Shown one piece after another: positions 24,501 through 36,500 of a stretch of DNA of 64,000 nucleotides. Below the pieces are notes generated by a model. That model did no database searches. It saw only the letters and a list, made by a program, of their open reading frames with translations, and was not told where the DNA came from. Where the stretch lies: the NCBI GenBank assembly GCA_950097015.1, contig CATNEN010000034.1, positions 1,860,001-1,924,000 on the forward strand, in the 5' to 3' direction. Made by a program: the position numbers and the translations under genes. This DNA is from Macrostomum hystrix (Eukaryota; Animalia; Platyhelminthes). Numbering within the stretch: position 1 is the stretch's first letter; each line of letters begins with the position of its first letter.

Positions 24501-27500
24501 CATTCTAATATATTAGGAGATTAGGAAATGACATTCTAATCTATTAGGAGATTAGGAAATGACATTCTAATCTATTAGGAGATTAGGAATTGACATTCTA
24601 ATCTATTAGGAGATTAGGAAATGACATTCTAATCTATTAGGAGATTAGGAATTGACATTCTAATCTATTAGGAGATTAGGAAATGACATTCTAATCTATT
24701 AGGAGATTAGGAATTGACATTCTAATCTATTAGGAGATTAGGAATTGACATTCTAATTTATTAGGAGATTAGGAATTGACATTCTAATCTATTAGGAGAT
24801 TAGGAATTGACATTCTAATTTATTAGGAGATTAGGAATTGACATTCTAATATATTAGGAGATTAGAAATTGACAATCTAATCTATTAGGAGATTAGGAAT
24901 TGACATTCTAATATATTAGGAGATTAGGAATTGACATTCTAATATATTAGGAGATTAGGAATTGACATTCTAATATATAAGGAGATTAGGAATTGACATT
25001 CTAATCTATTAGGAGATTAGGAATTGACATTATAATCTATTAGGAGATTAGGAATTGACATTCTAATCTATTAGGAGATTAGGAATTGACATTCTAATAT
25101 ATTAGGAGATTAGGAAATGACATTCTAATCTATTAGGAGATTAGGAATTGACATTCTAATCTATTAGGAGATTAGGAATTGACATTCTAATCTATTAGGA
25201 GATTAGGAATTGACATTCTAATATATTAGGAGATTAGGAAATGACATTCTAATCTATTAGGAGATTAGGAATTGACATTCTAATCTATTAGGAGATTAGG
25301 AATTGACATTCTAATCTATTAGGAGATCAGGAAATGACATTCTAATCTATTAGGAGATTAGGAATTGACATTCTAATCTATTAGGAGATTAGGAATTGAC
25401 ATTCTAATTTATTAGGAGATTAGGAATTGACATTCTAATCTATTAGGAGATTAGGAACTGACATTCCAATGTATTGGGATGGGAGATTATTTCGATCCTT
25501 ATTTCCTTAACTCCCTGTTGCGTTTGGCCGTCAATCCAAAATGCACGTGGTTTGAACGAATCAGCATGCTGGTTATCCTAGCCAACTGCATCACTCTCGG
25601 CATGTACCAGCCGTGCGTTGACGAAGACTGCGCGATGACCCGCTGCCGAGTGCTGACGGGATTCGATCACGCCGTGTTCGCCTTCTTCACCTGGGAGCTA
25701 TGCGTCAAAGTGGCCGCAATGGGCTTCTGGGGCAAGCTCGGCTACCTGGGCGACTCCTGGAACCGCCTTGACGGCTTCATCGTGGTAGCCGGGTAGGGAG
25801 AGATGCAGGCTGGGTAGGGAGAGATGCAGGGTGGGTAGGGAGAGATGCAGGGTGGGTTGGGAGAGACTAAAGGCCGGGTAGGGAGAGATGCAAGCTGGGT
25901 AGGGAGAGATGCCGGGTGGGTAGGGAGAGATGTAGGCCGGGTAGGGAGAGATGCAGGCTGGGTTGGGAGAGACGCAGGCCGGGTAGGGAGATATGCAGGC
26001 TGGGTAGGTAGAGATGAAGGGTGGGTAGGGAGAGATGTCGGGTGGGTTGGGAGAGATGCAGGCCGGGTAGGGAGAGATGCAGGCTGGGTTGGGAGAGACG
26101 CAGGCCGGGTAGGGAGAGATGCAGGCTGGGTTGGGAGAGACGCAGGCCGGGTAGGGAGAGATGCAGGGTGGGTTGGGAGAGATGCAGGGTGGGTAGGGAG
26201 AGATGCAGGCCGGGTAGGGAGAGATGCAGGCTGGGTTGGGAGAGACGCAGGCCGGGTAGGGAGAGATGCAGGCTGGGTTGGGAGAGACGCAGGCCGGGTA
26301 GGGAGAGATGCAGGGTGGGTAGGGAGAGATGCAGGCCGGGTAGGGAGAGACGCAGGTTTCAGTATATTTAACTGTCTTTCTCACTAACCGATTTTCAGCC
26401 TACTGGAGTACTTGCCGCAAACCAAAGATTTGAGTTTAACAGCCATCAGAACAATTCGAGTACTGAGACCGTTGCGAGCGATCAATCGCATACCGAGTGA
26501 GTTTGTCTCTTGGGGATCTGAAGAGATAAGGGTTGAGATAGACAGTGATAAGGGTTGAGATAGACAGAGATAGGGTTGAGATTGACAGAGATAGGGTTGA
26601 GATTGACAGAGATAGGGTTGAGATAAACAGAGATAGGGTTGAGATAGACAGAGATAGGGTTGAGGTGGACAGAGATAGGGTTGAGGTGGACAGAGATAGG
26701 GTTGAGGTGGACAGAGATAGGGTTGAGGTGGACAGAGATAGGGTTGAGATAGACAGAGATAGGGTTGAGGTGGACAGAGATAGGGTTGAGATAGACAGAG
26801 ATAGGGTTGAGGTGGACAGAGATAGGGTTGAGGTGGACAGAGATAGGGTTGAGGTGGACAGAGATAGGGTTGAGGTGGACAGAGATATGGTTGAGGTGGA
26901 CAGAGATAGGGTTGAGATAGACAGAGATGGGGTTGAGGTGGACAGAGATAGGGTTGAGGTGGACAGAGATAGGGTTGAGGTGGACAGAGATAGGGTTGAG
27001 ATAGACAGAGATGGGGTTGAGGTGGACAGAGATAGGGTTGAGGTGGACAGAGATAGGGTTGAGGTGGACAGAGATAGGGTTGAGGTGGACAGAGATAGGG
27101 TTGAGATAGACAGAGATGGGGTTGAGGTGGACAGAGATAGGGTTGAGGTGGACAGAGATAGGGTTGAGATAGACAGAGATGGGGTTGAGGTGGACAGAGA
27201 TAGGGTTGAGGTGGACAGAGATGGGGTTGAGGTGGACAGAGATGGGGTTGAGGTGGACAGAGATAGGGTTGAGATAGACAGAGATAGGGTTGAGGTGGAC
27301 AGAGATAGGGTTGAGGTGGACAGAGATAGGGTTGAGGTGGACAGAGATAGGGTTGAGGTGGACAGAGATAGGGTTGAGGTGGACAGAGATAGGGTTGAGA
27401 TAGACATAGATGGGGTTGAGGTGGACAGAGATAGGGTTGAGGTGGACAGAGATGGGGTTGAGGTGGACAGAGATAGGGTTGAGGTGGACAGAGATAGGGT

Positions 27501-30500
27501 TGAGATAGACAGAGATAGGGTTGAGGTGGACAGAGATAGGGTTGAGGTGGACAGAGATGGGGTTGAGGTGGACAGAGATAGGGTTGAGGTGGACAGAGAT
27601 AGGGTTGAGATAGACAGAGATAGGGTTGAGGTGGACAGAGATAGGGTTGAGGTGGACAGAGATAGGGTTGAGGTGGACAGAGATAGGGTTGAGGTGGACA
27701 GAGATATGGTTGAGGTGGACAGAGATAGGGTTGAGGTGGACAGAGATAGGGTTGAGATAGACAGAGATAGGGTTGAGGTGGACAGAGATAGGGTTGAGGT
27801 GGACAGAGATAGGGTTGAGGTGGACAGAGATAGGGTTGAGGTGGACAGAGATAGGGTTGAGATAGACAGAGATAGGGTTGAGGTGGACAGAGATAGGGTT
27901 GAGGTGGACAGAGATAGGGTTGAGGTGGACAGAGATAGGGTTGAGATAGACAGAGATAGGGTTGAGGTGGACAGAGATAGGGTTGAGGTGGACAGAGATA
28001 GGGTTGAGATAGACAGAGATGGGGTTGAGGTGGACAGAGATGGGGTTGAGGTGGACAGAGATGGGGTTGAGGTGGACAGAGATGGGGTTGAGGTGGACAG
28101 AGATAGGGTTGAGATAGACAGAGATAGGGTTGAGGTGGACAGAGATAGGGTTGAGGTGGACAGAGATAGGGTTGAGGTGGACAGAGATAGGGTTGAGGTG
28201 GACAGAGATATGGTTGAGGTGGACAGAGATAGGGTTGAGATAGACAGAGATGGGGTTGAGGTGGACAGAGATAGGGTTGAGGTGGACAGAGATAGGGTTG
28301 AGGTGGACAGAGATAGGGTTGAGATAGACAGAGATGGAGTTGAGGTGGACAGAGATAGGGTTGAGGTGGACAGAGATAGGGTTGAGGTGGACAGAGATAG
28401 GGTTGAGGTGGACAGAGATAGGGTTGAGATAGACAGAGATAGGGTTGAGGTGGACAGAGATAGGGTTGAGGTGGACAGAGATAGGGTTGAGATAGACAGA
28501 GATGGGGTTGAGGTGGACAGAGATAGGGTTGAGGTGGACAGAGATAGGGTTGAGGTGGACAGAGATAGGGTTGAGGTGGACAGAGATAGGGTTGAGGTGG
28601 ACAGAGATTGGCGCAAGTAGTTTTGCAATCCCCGAAGCGAGTCCAGCTTGATTAAAAGTGAGAGAAAGATTCAAAGGTGAGATTAATAAGATTGATTTTT
28701 CCGGATTTGAATAATGAACATGCAAAGCCTGCCGCTGAAGGCCAACTGCTGAAGAACTTTAATTAGCTATGAAAATTTGCCCCCACGCACAATTAAATTT
28801 GTGACTTTTCAGCGCACCAATTTGAAATTCAGTTGTCATAAATTGTATGCAGCCTTGACATAAATTATAAATATGTATTGACTGTAGCTAAAGTCTTCTC
28901 AGAGAAGGAATATTGGCTTTTAAGATTGAAAGAGAATGTATCACGGGTTATAATTAGTTAGGGCACACGAAAAGTGCATTGAGTCTTAAAATCTCTTTCA
29001 GTAGCAGTTAGTTTTGTTTTAATGGATTTATATGCCCACTCGAATTGAATAGATTAGCAATCAGATAGATTAGCAATCCACTCTACCCATCAATCAAATC
29101 GCATAGATTAGCAATCCATTCTACCCCTGAATCAAATCGCATAGATTAGCAATCCATTCTACCCCTGAATCAAATCGCATAGATTAGCAATCCATTCTAC
29201 CCCTGAATCAAATCAGATAGATTAGCAATCCATTCTACCCCTGAATCAAATCAGATAGATTAGCAATCCATTCTACCCCTGAATCAAATCGGATAGATTA
29301 GCAATCCATTCTACCCCTGAATCAAATCAGATAGATTTGCAATCCATTCTACCCCTGAATCAAATCAGATAGATTAGCAATCCATTCTACCCCTGAATCA
29401 AATCAGATAGATTAGCAATCCATTCTACCCCTGAATCAAATCGGATAGATTAGCAATCCATTCTACCCCTGAATCAAATCAGATAGATTAGCAATCCATT
29501 CTACCCCTGAATCAAATCAGATAGATTAGCAATCCATTCTACCCCTGAATCAAATCAGATAGATTAGCAATCCATTCTACCCCTGAATCAAATCAGATAG
29601 ATTAGCAATCCAATACTTTCCCCCAATGTCATAGGATTCAGGGGTAGAATGGATTGCTAATCTATCTGATTTGATTCAGGGGTAGAATGGATTGCTTATC
29701 TATGCGATTTGATTCTAAACACATTCTATTCCCAAACACATTCTTTGATTCTAAGAAATTAAACAAAAATTTAATCTTAATTCAAGATAACTCAATTTTC
29801 TTTCAAATGCGGTAATTTGGCGATCGGTCATAGGGAATAACTCGTCACGTCGTAATCGAACTCGCGACCGTTGCAGGCATGCGAATCCTGGTGATGCTGC
29901 TGCTGGACACTTTGCCAATGCTGGGCAATGTGCTGCTGCTCTGCTTCTTTGTATTTTTCATATTCGGCATTATCGGGGTGCAGCTGTGGAAGGGTGTGCT
30001 CAGAAACCGCTGCTACCTCAATCTGAACGGCTCCTATCTGCATCCGGGGTAATTATTTTTGCCATGCTTTATCGTGTAAAATGATTTTACGCATTTTCTA
30101 AATAGAATTTACCACTAATCGGACTCATGACTTAAAGGTCAAGGTTCGATTCCCGACTCCCGCCAATAAATAATAATTGCAGGAGGGCTGCGGGCAGTGG
30201 CACATCATTTGTTGACACTAGACGTGCAGCCAGCGAGGAGGCAATTCTGGAGGTTGGCCTTCAAGGGCGTAAATTGCACGACAAGCCCCCAAGCCTTCTC
30301 TACGCGGCTGCGTCCCAATTTAATGTGGCCTCACCGCGGAATCGAGCTTAGGGACCTTGGTGCAATAGGCAGGTGGGTTAACCACTCTGCCACCCACCCC
30401 CGGCTCCCACCAAACTATTCGTGCCATTTAGCAAGACACTTAACTCTGCATTGCTTCAGCTCACCCATTCGTTAAATTGGTTGGTACAGCATTAGCTGGG

Positions 30501-33500
30501 GTAATTGAGGATAATGGTCAATGGAGACTGACCATAGACGTTAATACCCTTCGTAAGTGCTGCACATTAGCTGCGGCTGTGCTATTGGCTGCCCATCTAA
30601 AGGGGCAGATTTAATCAGTTATTATTGCCATCACGAAGACTCGCCGACTGGGGCGGCTGCACAGCCGGCGTACCTTCGTGAACTCGTGGGGGTAGAAAGA
30701 AAATATCGAAGAACAGAACAATGTACATTTTATGTAAAGTGAATGTACACTGAATGTACTCGTACATTGAACGTACATTGAATGTAATGTACACTGAATG
30801 TACATGAATGTACACCGAAAGTAGAAAGTTCCCTATTCGATTGCAGGGTGAACCTGACAGAATTCTACAAGCTGAACAATAGCATTGACAATCTGGCCGG
30901 CGCCAAAGATTTCATCTGCGCCGGGCACGAGTCCAACGGTATGCAGACCTGCGGTCACATCAATCCGACAGTCATGTGGCTGGATGAGGGACACTACATC
31001 ACATGCAACCGCAGTGCGGACATCAACAGTGACAATCTGCCTACTAACACCAGCTGTGTGAATTGGAATCAGTACTATACAAATTGCAATACGACGGTGC
31101 ACAATCCTTACATGAATGCTATCAACTTTGACAACATTGGATTCGCATGGGTAGCGATCTTTCAGGTAAATATTGTGAATTTATTCGTAACTTAAGGGTG
31201 TCACTAATGGCATGGGTGCATCTGGTGAGACTGGTCTGGTAGCCTACAGGAAGACTGGGAGAGTGTCTGGTAGCCTACTGGAAGACTGGAAGAGTGTCTG
31301 GTAGTCTACAGGAAGACTGGAAGAGTGTCTGGTAGTCTACAGGAAGACTAGGACAGTGTCTGGTAGTCTACAGGAAGACTGGGAGAGTGTCTGGTAGTCT
31401 ACAGGAAGACTGGGAGAGTGTCTGGTAGTCTTCAGGAAGACTAGGAGAGTGTCTGGTAGTCTACAGGAAGACTGGGAGAGTGTCTGGTAGTCTACAGGAA
31501 GACTGGGAGAGTGTCTGGTAGTTTTCAGGAAGACTAGGAGAGTGTCTGGTAGCCTACCGGATGACTGGGAGAGTGTCTGATAGCCTACCAGATGACTGGG
31601 AGAGTGTATGATAGCCTACCAGATGACTGGGAGAGTGTATGATAGCCTACCAGATGACTGGGAGAGTGTATGATAGCCTACCAGATGACTGGGAGAGTGT
31701 CTGATAGCCTACCAGATGACTGGGAGAGTGTATGATAGCCTACCACGTGACCGAATGAGTCTGGTAGCCCACGGATGACTCGGGGAGTGCCAGAGACGGT
31801 CAAATAAAATCATCGCAACTAAGCAACACCGCCGTATCTAGTTCAGGAAGCCATGTCGCAATCCCCAAAATTTCATGTCTGCGCCCCCCATCTAAATGGG
31901 AATATGGGATTATCGGACAGACGCGATCAACCAGGGGAAGAGAAAGAAAAGATGGCGGAGAATAAATAAAACATGCAGTTCAGTGGATCAGGAGCACAGG
32001 ATTGGGATGCTGCTCAGAGCCTCCCTAAGCCGCGACCTTACCCCCGACCCCGGCCTAAATTATTAACCTGCACTCGCTGAGTTGCTGCTCAAACCTTCGT
32101 GTGGGTTCAGGCAGGGATCGCTGGGCGGGGCAGACTCTTGGACCAAGCCTGAAGTGCAGGAAAGAGATTTTGAGCGATGCTTAGCTTCTTCCCCACTCCT
32201 TCCAGAGCCCGGTTGAAATGGTCCCAAACCGATCCTTCTCCTGCTTCCTCCTCGATTCTGAAATTTTGATCTTACACTCCGTCTGTCTGTGTCTCTTTGT
32301 CAGTTTTTTGCTCGCCTAAGCCGAATATTTTGTCAGAAGTAGCTAAAACTGTTTAAGATGTGAAAACTATAGACTGATATGGGATGACTTCCTTAAGCCA
32401 CCGCCTATGAATGCCACCCTTGCTTTGTGGCACTTTTTACTGTCTTGTACTTTCACTAATCAGTTTATTCGACACTTAGCCGCCTTGCCTCTACCCAGCC
32501 TCACCACGAGACTATACGGTATACTGTCTCCCTATATTATTTATAGCTTACCCTACCTTCTTTAATCTGCCTGTCCTTACCTTTTATCAACCTACCATCC
32601 TCTATCTACCTTGTCTCATCTATCTACCTTGTCTCATCTATCTACATTGTCTCCTCAGTCTACCTTGCCTCATCTATCTACCTTGTCTCATCTATCTATC
32701 TTGTCTCAACTATCTACCTGGTTTCATCTATCTACGTTGTTTCATCTATATACCTTGTCTCCTCTGTCTACCTTGTCTCCTCAGTCTACCTTGTCTCCTC
32801 TATCTACCTTGTCTCCTCTATCTACCTGATGTCATTATCCTGTATAAATCAATCCCGTGACAAGCTAGTCAAGTGTTGATCTCCTGCCTTCCGTACAACA
32901 TTTTGTGAAGTTCTGTGACCCTCCCGAGGCCGTATTTTCTGTTTGCTCGCGGCAGCCAGTTAAGCCCGCTACCCAATGAGTAAGAAAAATCTGGGAGTTT
33001 CGGAGCATTGCAGCTGTGTTGTGGGGATCTGAGAGAGCTCACACCAACAGGTGAATTTCTCTCTGCAATTATTTGCCCTTACATACTCTCGTAGATCCTC
33101 GCTCGACCTTCCTCTCCTGTCGTCTCGCTTAGCAGACTAATCCCCAACAAGCCAAGACCCACTCATTGCCCGCCCGAACGAACAAAAAAAGATTTTTCCT
33201 CAATGCTAGCCCCGCTGCTGATGAAGAATGAGAAATGAGAAATGAGAATGAGTCTAGACACAGCCTCGCGCCAATCTACAGAACTCTGACAGTTTAAAAT
33301 CCAATCAATTATAGCTGATGTTTTTAACACTGTCTCAGACATGGGATAAATGTCTTGGTCGCATTGGGATAATTGGGATAATTACAATCCTTCACAAATT
33401 GCAGCAGCTGCATGGCCCCACCCTCATTTATCCCACAGTGTCTCAGCCATTACACCCTCATTAATCCCACAGTGTCTCAGCCATTACACCCTCATTTATC

Positions 33501-36500
33501 CCACAGTGTCTCAGCCATTACACCCTTATTTATCCCACAGTGTCTCAGCCATTACACCCTCATTTATCCCACAGTGTCTCAGCCATTACACTCTCATTTA
33601 TCCCACAGTGTCTCAGCCATTACACCCTCATTTATCCCACAGTGTCTCAGCCATTACACCCTCATTTATCCCACAGTGTCTCAGCCATTACACCCTCATT
33701 TATCCCACTGCATGTCGCAGTTGTCTGCACTACATAATCCCATTCCGATCTATTTTTTTTCACCCCAAGTCCTTTTTTCCCAGTCCTTCACAAATTGCAG
33801 CAGCTGCATGGGCCCCACCAACCATGCATCAAGCCGCTCTCGCCCTATACTCCTGTCTGAGTCCCAGCTAACTTTCAGTGCGCAGTTTCTCACGAGGTGA
33901 GGCGTGGCCGCTCTACTTGACTTGAAGAGTGTCAGAGAATTGCCTACCTTCCCATTTCACAGATCAATTAGCGCGACCTACCGGCTCAGTTGAGCGCACC
34001 CTCCAGCTTCAGTCACTGAGTCGTCTGTCTCATGCGCACTTTCTGAAACAAAACAAAAGTGTTTTTTCTGGTTCTAAAAAAAATCGAGATGCGAATACTA
34101 TTGCGAGTTTGTAGACAAACAAAATAATGACAAAGTGGACGAGGAATAAAGAGGTTGGATCTGGAGAGGGAGAAGGGGAGATGGAGACAGAGAGAAGGAG
34201 ATGGAGACAGAGAGATGGAGATGGAGACAGAGAGAAGGAGACAAGAGAGATGGAGAGGGAGAGATGGAGATGGAGAGAGGGAGGCAGAGAGATGGAGACA
34301 GAGAGATGGAGACAGAGAGATGGAGACAGAGAGATGGAGAGGGAGAGATGGAGATGGAGAGAGGGAGACAGAGAGATGGAGATGGAGAGATGGAGATGGA
34401 GAGATGGAGATGGAGAGAGGGAGACAGAGAGATGGAGACAGAGAGATGGAGACAGAGAGATGGAGACAGAGAGATGGAGATGGAGAGATGGAGACAGAGA
34501 GATGGAGAGGGAGAGATGGAGATGGAGAGAGGGAGACAGAGAGATGGAGACAGAGAGATGGAGAGGGAGAGATGGAGATATAGAGATGGAGATGGAGAGA
34601 GGGAGACAGAGAGATGGAGACAGAGAGATGGAGACAGAGAGATGGAGACAGAGAGATGGAGACAGAGAGATGGAGAGGGAGAGATGGAGATGGAGAGAGG
34701 GAGACAGAGAGATGGAGATGGAGAGATGGAGATGGAGAGATGGAGATGGAGAGAGGGAGACAGAGAGATGGAGACAGAGAGATGGAGACAGAGAGATGGA
34801 GACAGAGAGATGGAGACAGAGAGATGGAGAGGGAGAGATGGAGATGGAGAGAGGGAGACAGAGAGATGGAGATGGAGAGATGGAGATGGAGAGATGGAGA
34901 TGGAGAGAGGGAGACAGAGAGATGGAGACAGAGAGATGGAGACAGAGAGATGGAGACAGAGAGATGGAGATGGAGAGATGGAGACAGAGAGATGGAGAGG
35001 GAGAGATGGAGATGGAGAGAGGGAGACAGAGAGATGGAGACAGAGAGATGGAGAGGGAGAGATGGAGATGGAGAGAGGGAGACAGAGAGATGGAGACAGA
35101 GAGATGGAGATAGAGAGGGAGACAGAGAGATGGAGATGGAGAGAGGGAGAGGGAGATGGAGAGTTGGAGATGGAGATGGAGAGATGGAGATGGAGAGATG
35201 GAGTCAGAGAGATGGAGATGGAGATGGAGAGAGGGAGAGGGAGATGGAGAGATGGAGATGGAGATGGAGAGAGGGAGAGGGAGAGGGAGAGATGGAGATG
35301 GAGATGGAGAGAGGGAGAGGGAGATGGAGAGATGGAGATGGAGATGGAGAGAGGGAGAGGGAGATGGAGAGATGGAGACAGAGAGATGGAGATGGAGATG
35401 TAGAGAGGGAGAGGGAGATGGAGAGATGGAGATGGAGATGGAGAGAGGGAGAGGGAGATGGAGAGATGGAGATGGAGATGGAGAGAGGGAGAGGGAGATT
35501 GAGAGATGGAGACAGAGAGAGGAAGAGGGAGAGGGAGAGGGAGAGGGAGAGAGAGAGGGCAAGATAGAGGCAGGGAGATGCAAAGACGGAGAAAGAGATG
35601 CGCAGAGGGATAGGGAGCTCGAGATTAGGGCTCGATGGGAAAAATAGAGTTAAAGAAGCGAAACTTAAAAAAAAGGTTAAAGGGTGATAATGCTCATGAT
35701 AAAGTAAAGGCAGTAATGAGTCTGAATGCAGGCCAGATCAATAAGTTTTAAAACACAAATTGCAGGTGATCAGCCTGGAGAGCTGGGTGGACATCATGTA
35801 CTATGTGCAGGACGCGCACTCATTCTGGGATTGGATCTACTTTGTGTCTCTCATTGTGGTGAGTTATTTCAGTTTTATAAAGTCTTAATTTGTCTAAATA
35901 TTCAACCAATCTACATGAAATCTACATGAAGACTTTCACAAAAACCGGTCATTCGGTTTCGAAGCTACTCCCGAGGTCTTTCACCAGGCAGAAAATATCG
36001 TGATCTACAGTTAAGCCTTTAACTAATATTACACTCACTGCTGTTTAAAGTGGAAATGAAGGAACGAAATAGGTCAGCAAGGCAATTTTCCAGTTCCGAC
36101 AATCTACGAGTATGATATATACGTGTTCCCTATTTAATTGATGCATCAGCTACATTTAAGGAATCATATTGCCCTGGCATTTGGCGTGGGTGGCGGGGCA
36201 CAGATACCTGCAAGCTCACGCCAGTGTTGTCAATACTCCAAATAATAGTTTTCAGACTGCATTTCCAATATCTTTCCAATATCTTTCCATCTAATGCCTC
36301 ACCCTCTCCAAGCCGCCTGCATGGCTACACTAGGGTGAGTTTGGCTTCTCAGCTATCATCAGCTTGACACGGATGTTGTACGAATAAAACACTTGCAAAG
36401 GTGTGTTTAGCCCACTTTTGTCAACGATGAAATCCAGATAGTCCAGAGCTATAGTGGGCCTAACGTCATTATCCATCTCACTGTATCATTCGCTACTATC

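Noticed and set aside
24425-25465. TTAGG words suggesting interstitial telomeric repeat
   Set aside because: They are embedded in a 31-bp unit, not tandem TTAGG or TTAGGG.
26436-28725. Three 690-750-aa ORFs (STLSLST, VHLNPIS, DRDRVEV repeats)
   Set aside because: They are translations of a 21-bp satellite in Cav3 intron 3, open on both strands only because the unit is a stop-free multiple of 3.
34030-35647. Several Glu/Arg/Met-rich or Ser/Leu-rich ORFs
   Set aside because: GA-rich microsatellite in intron 5.
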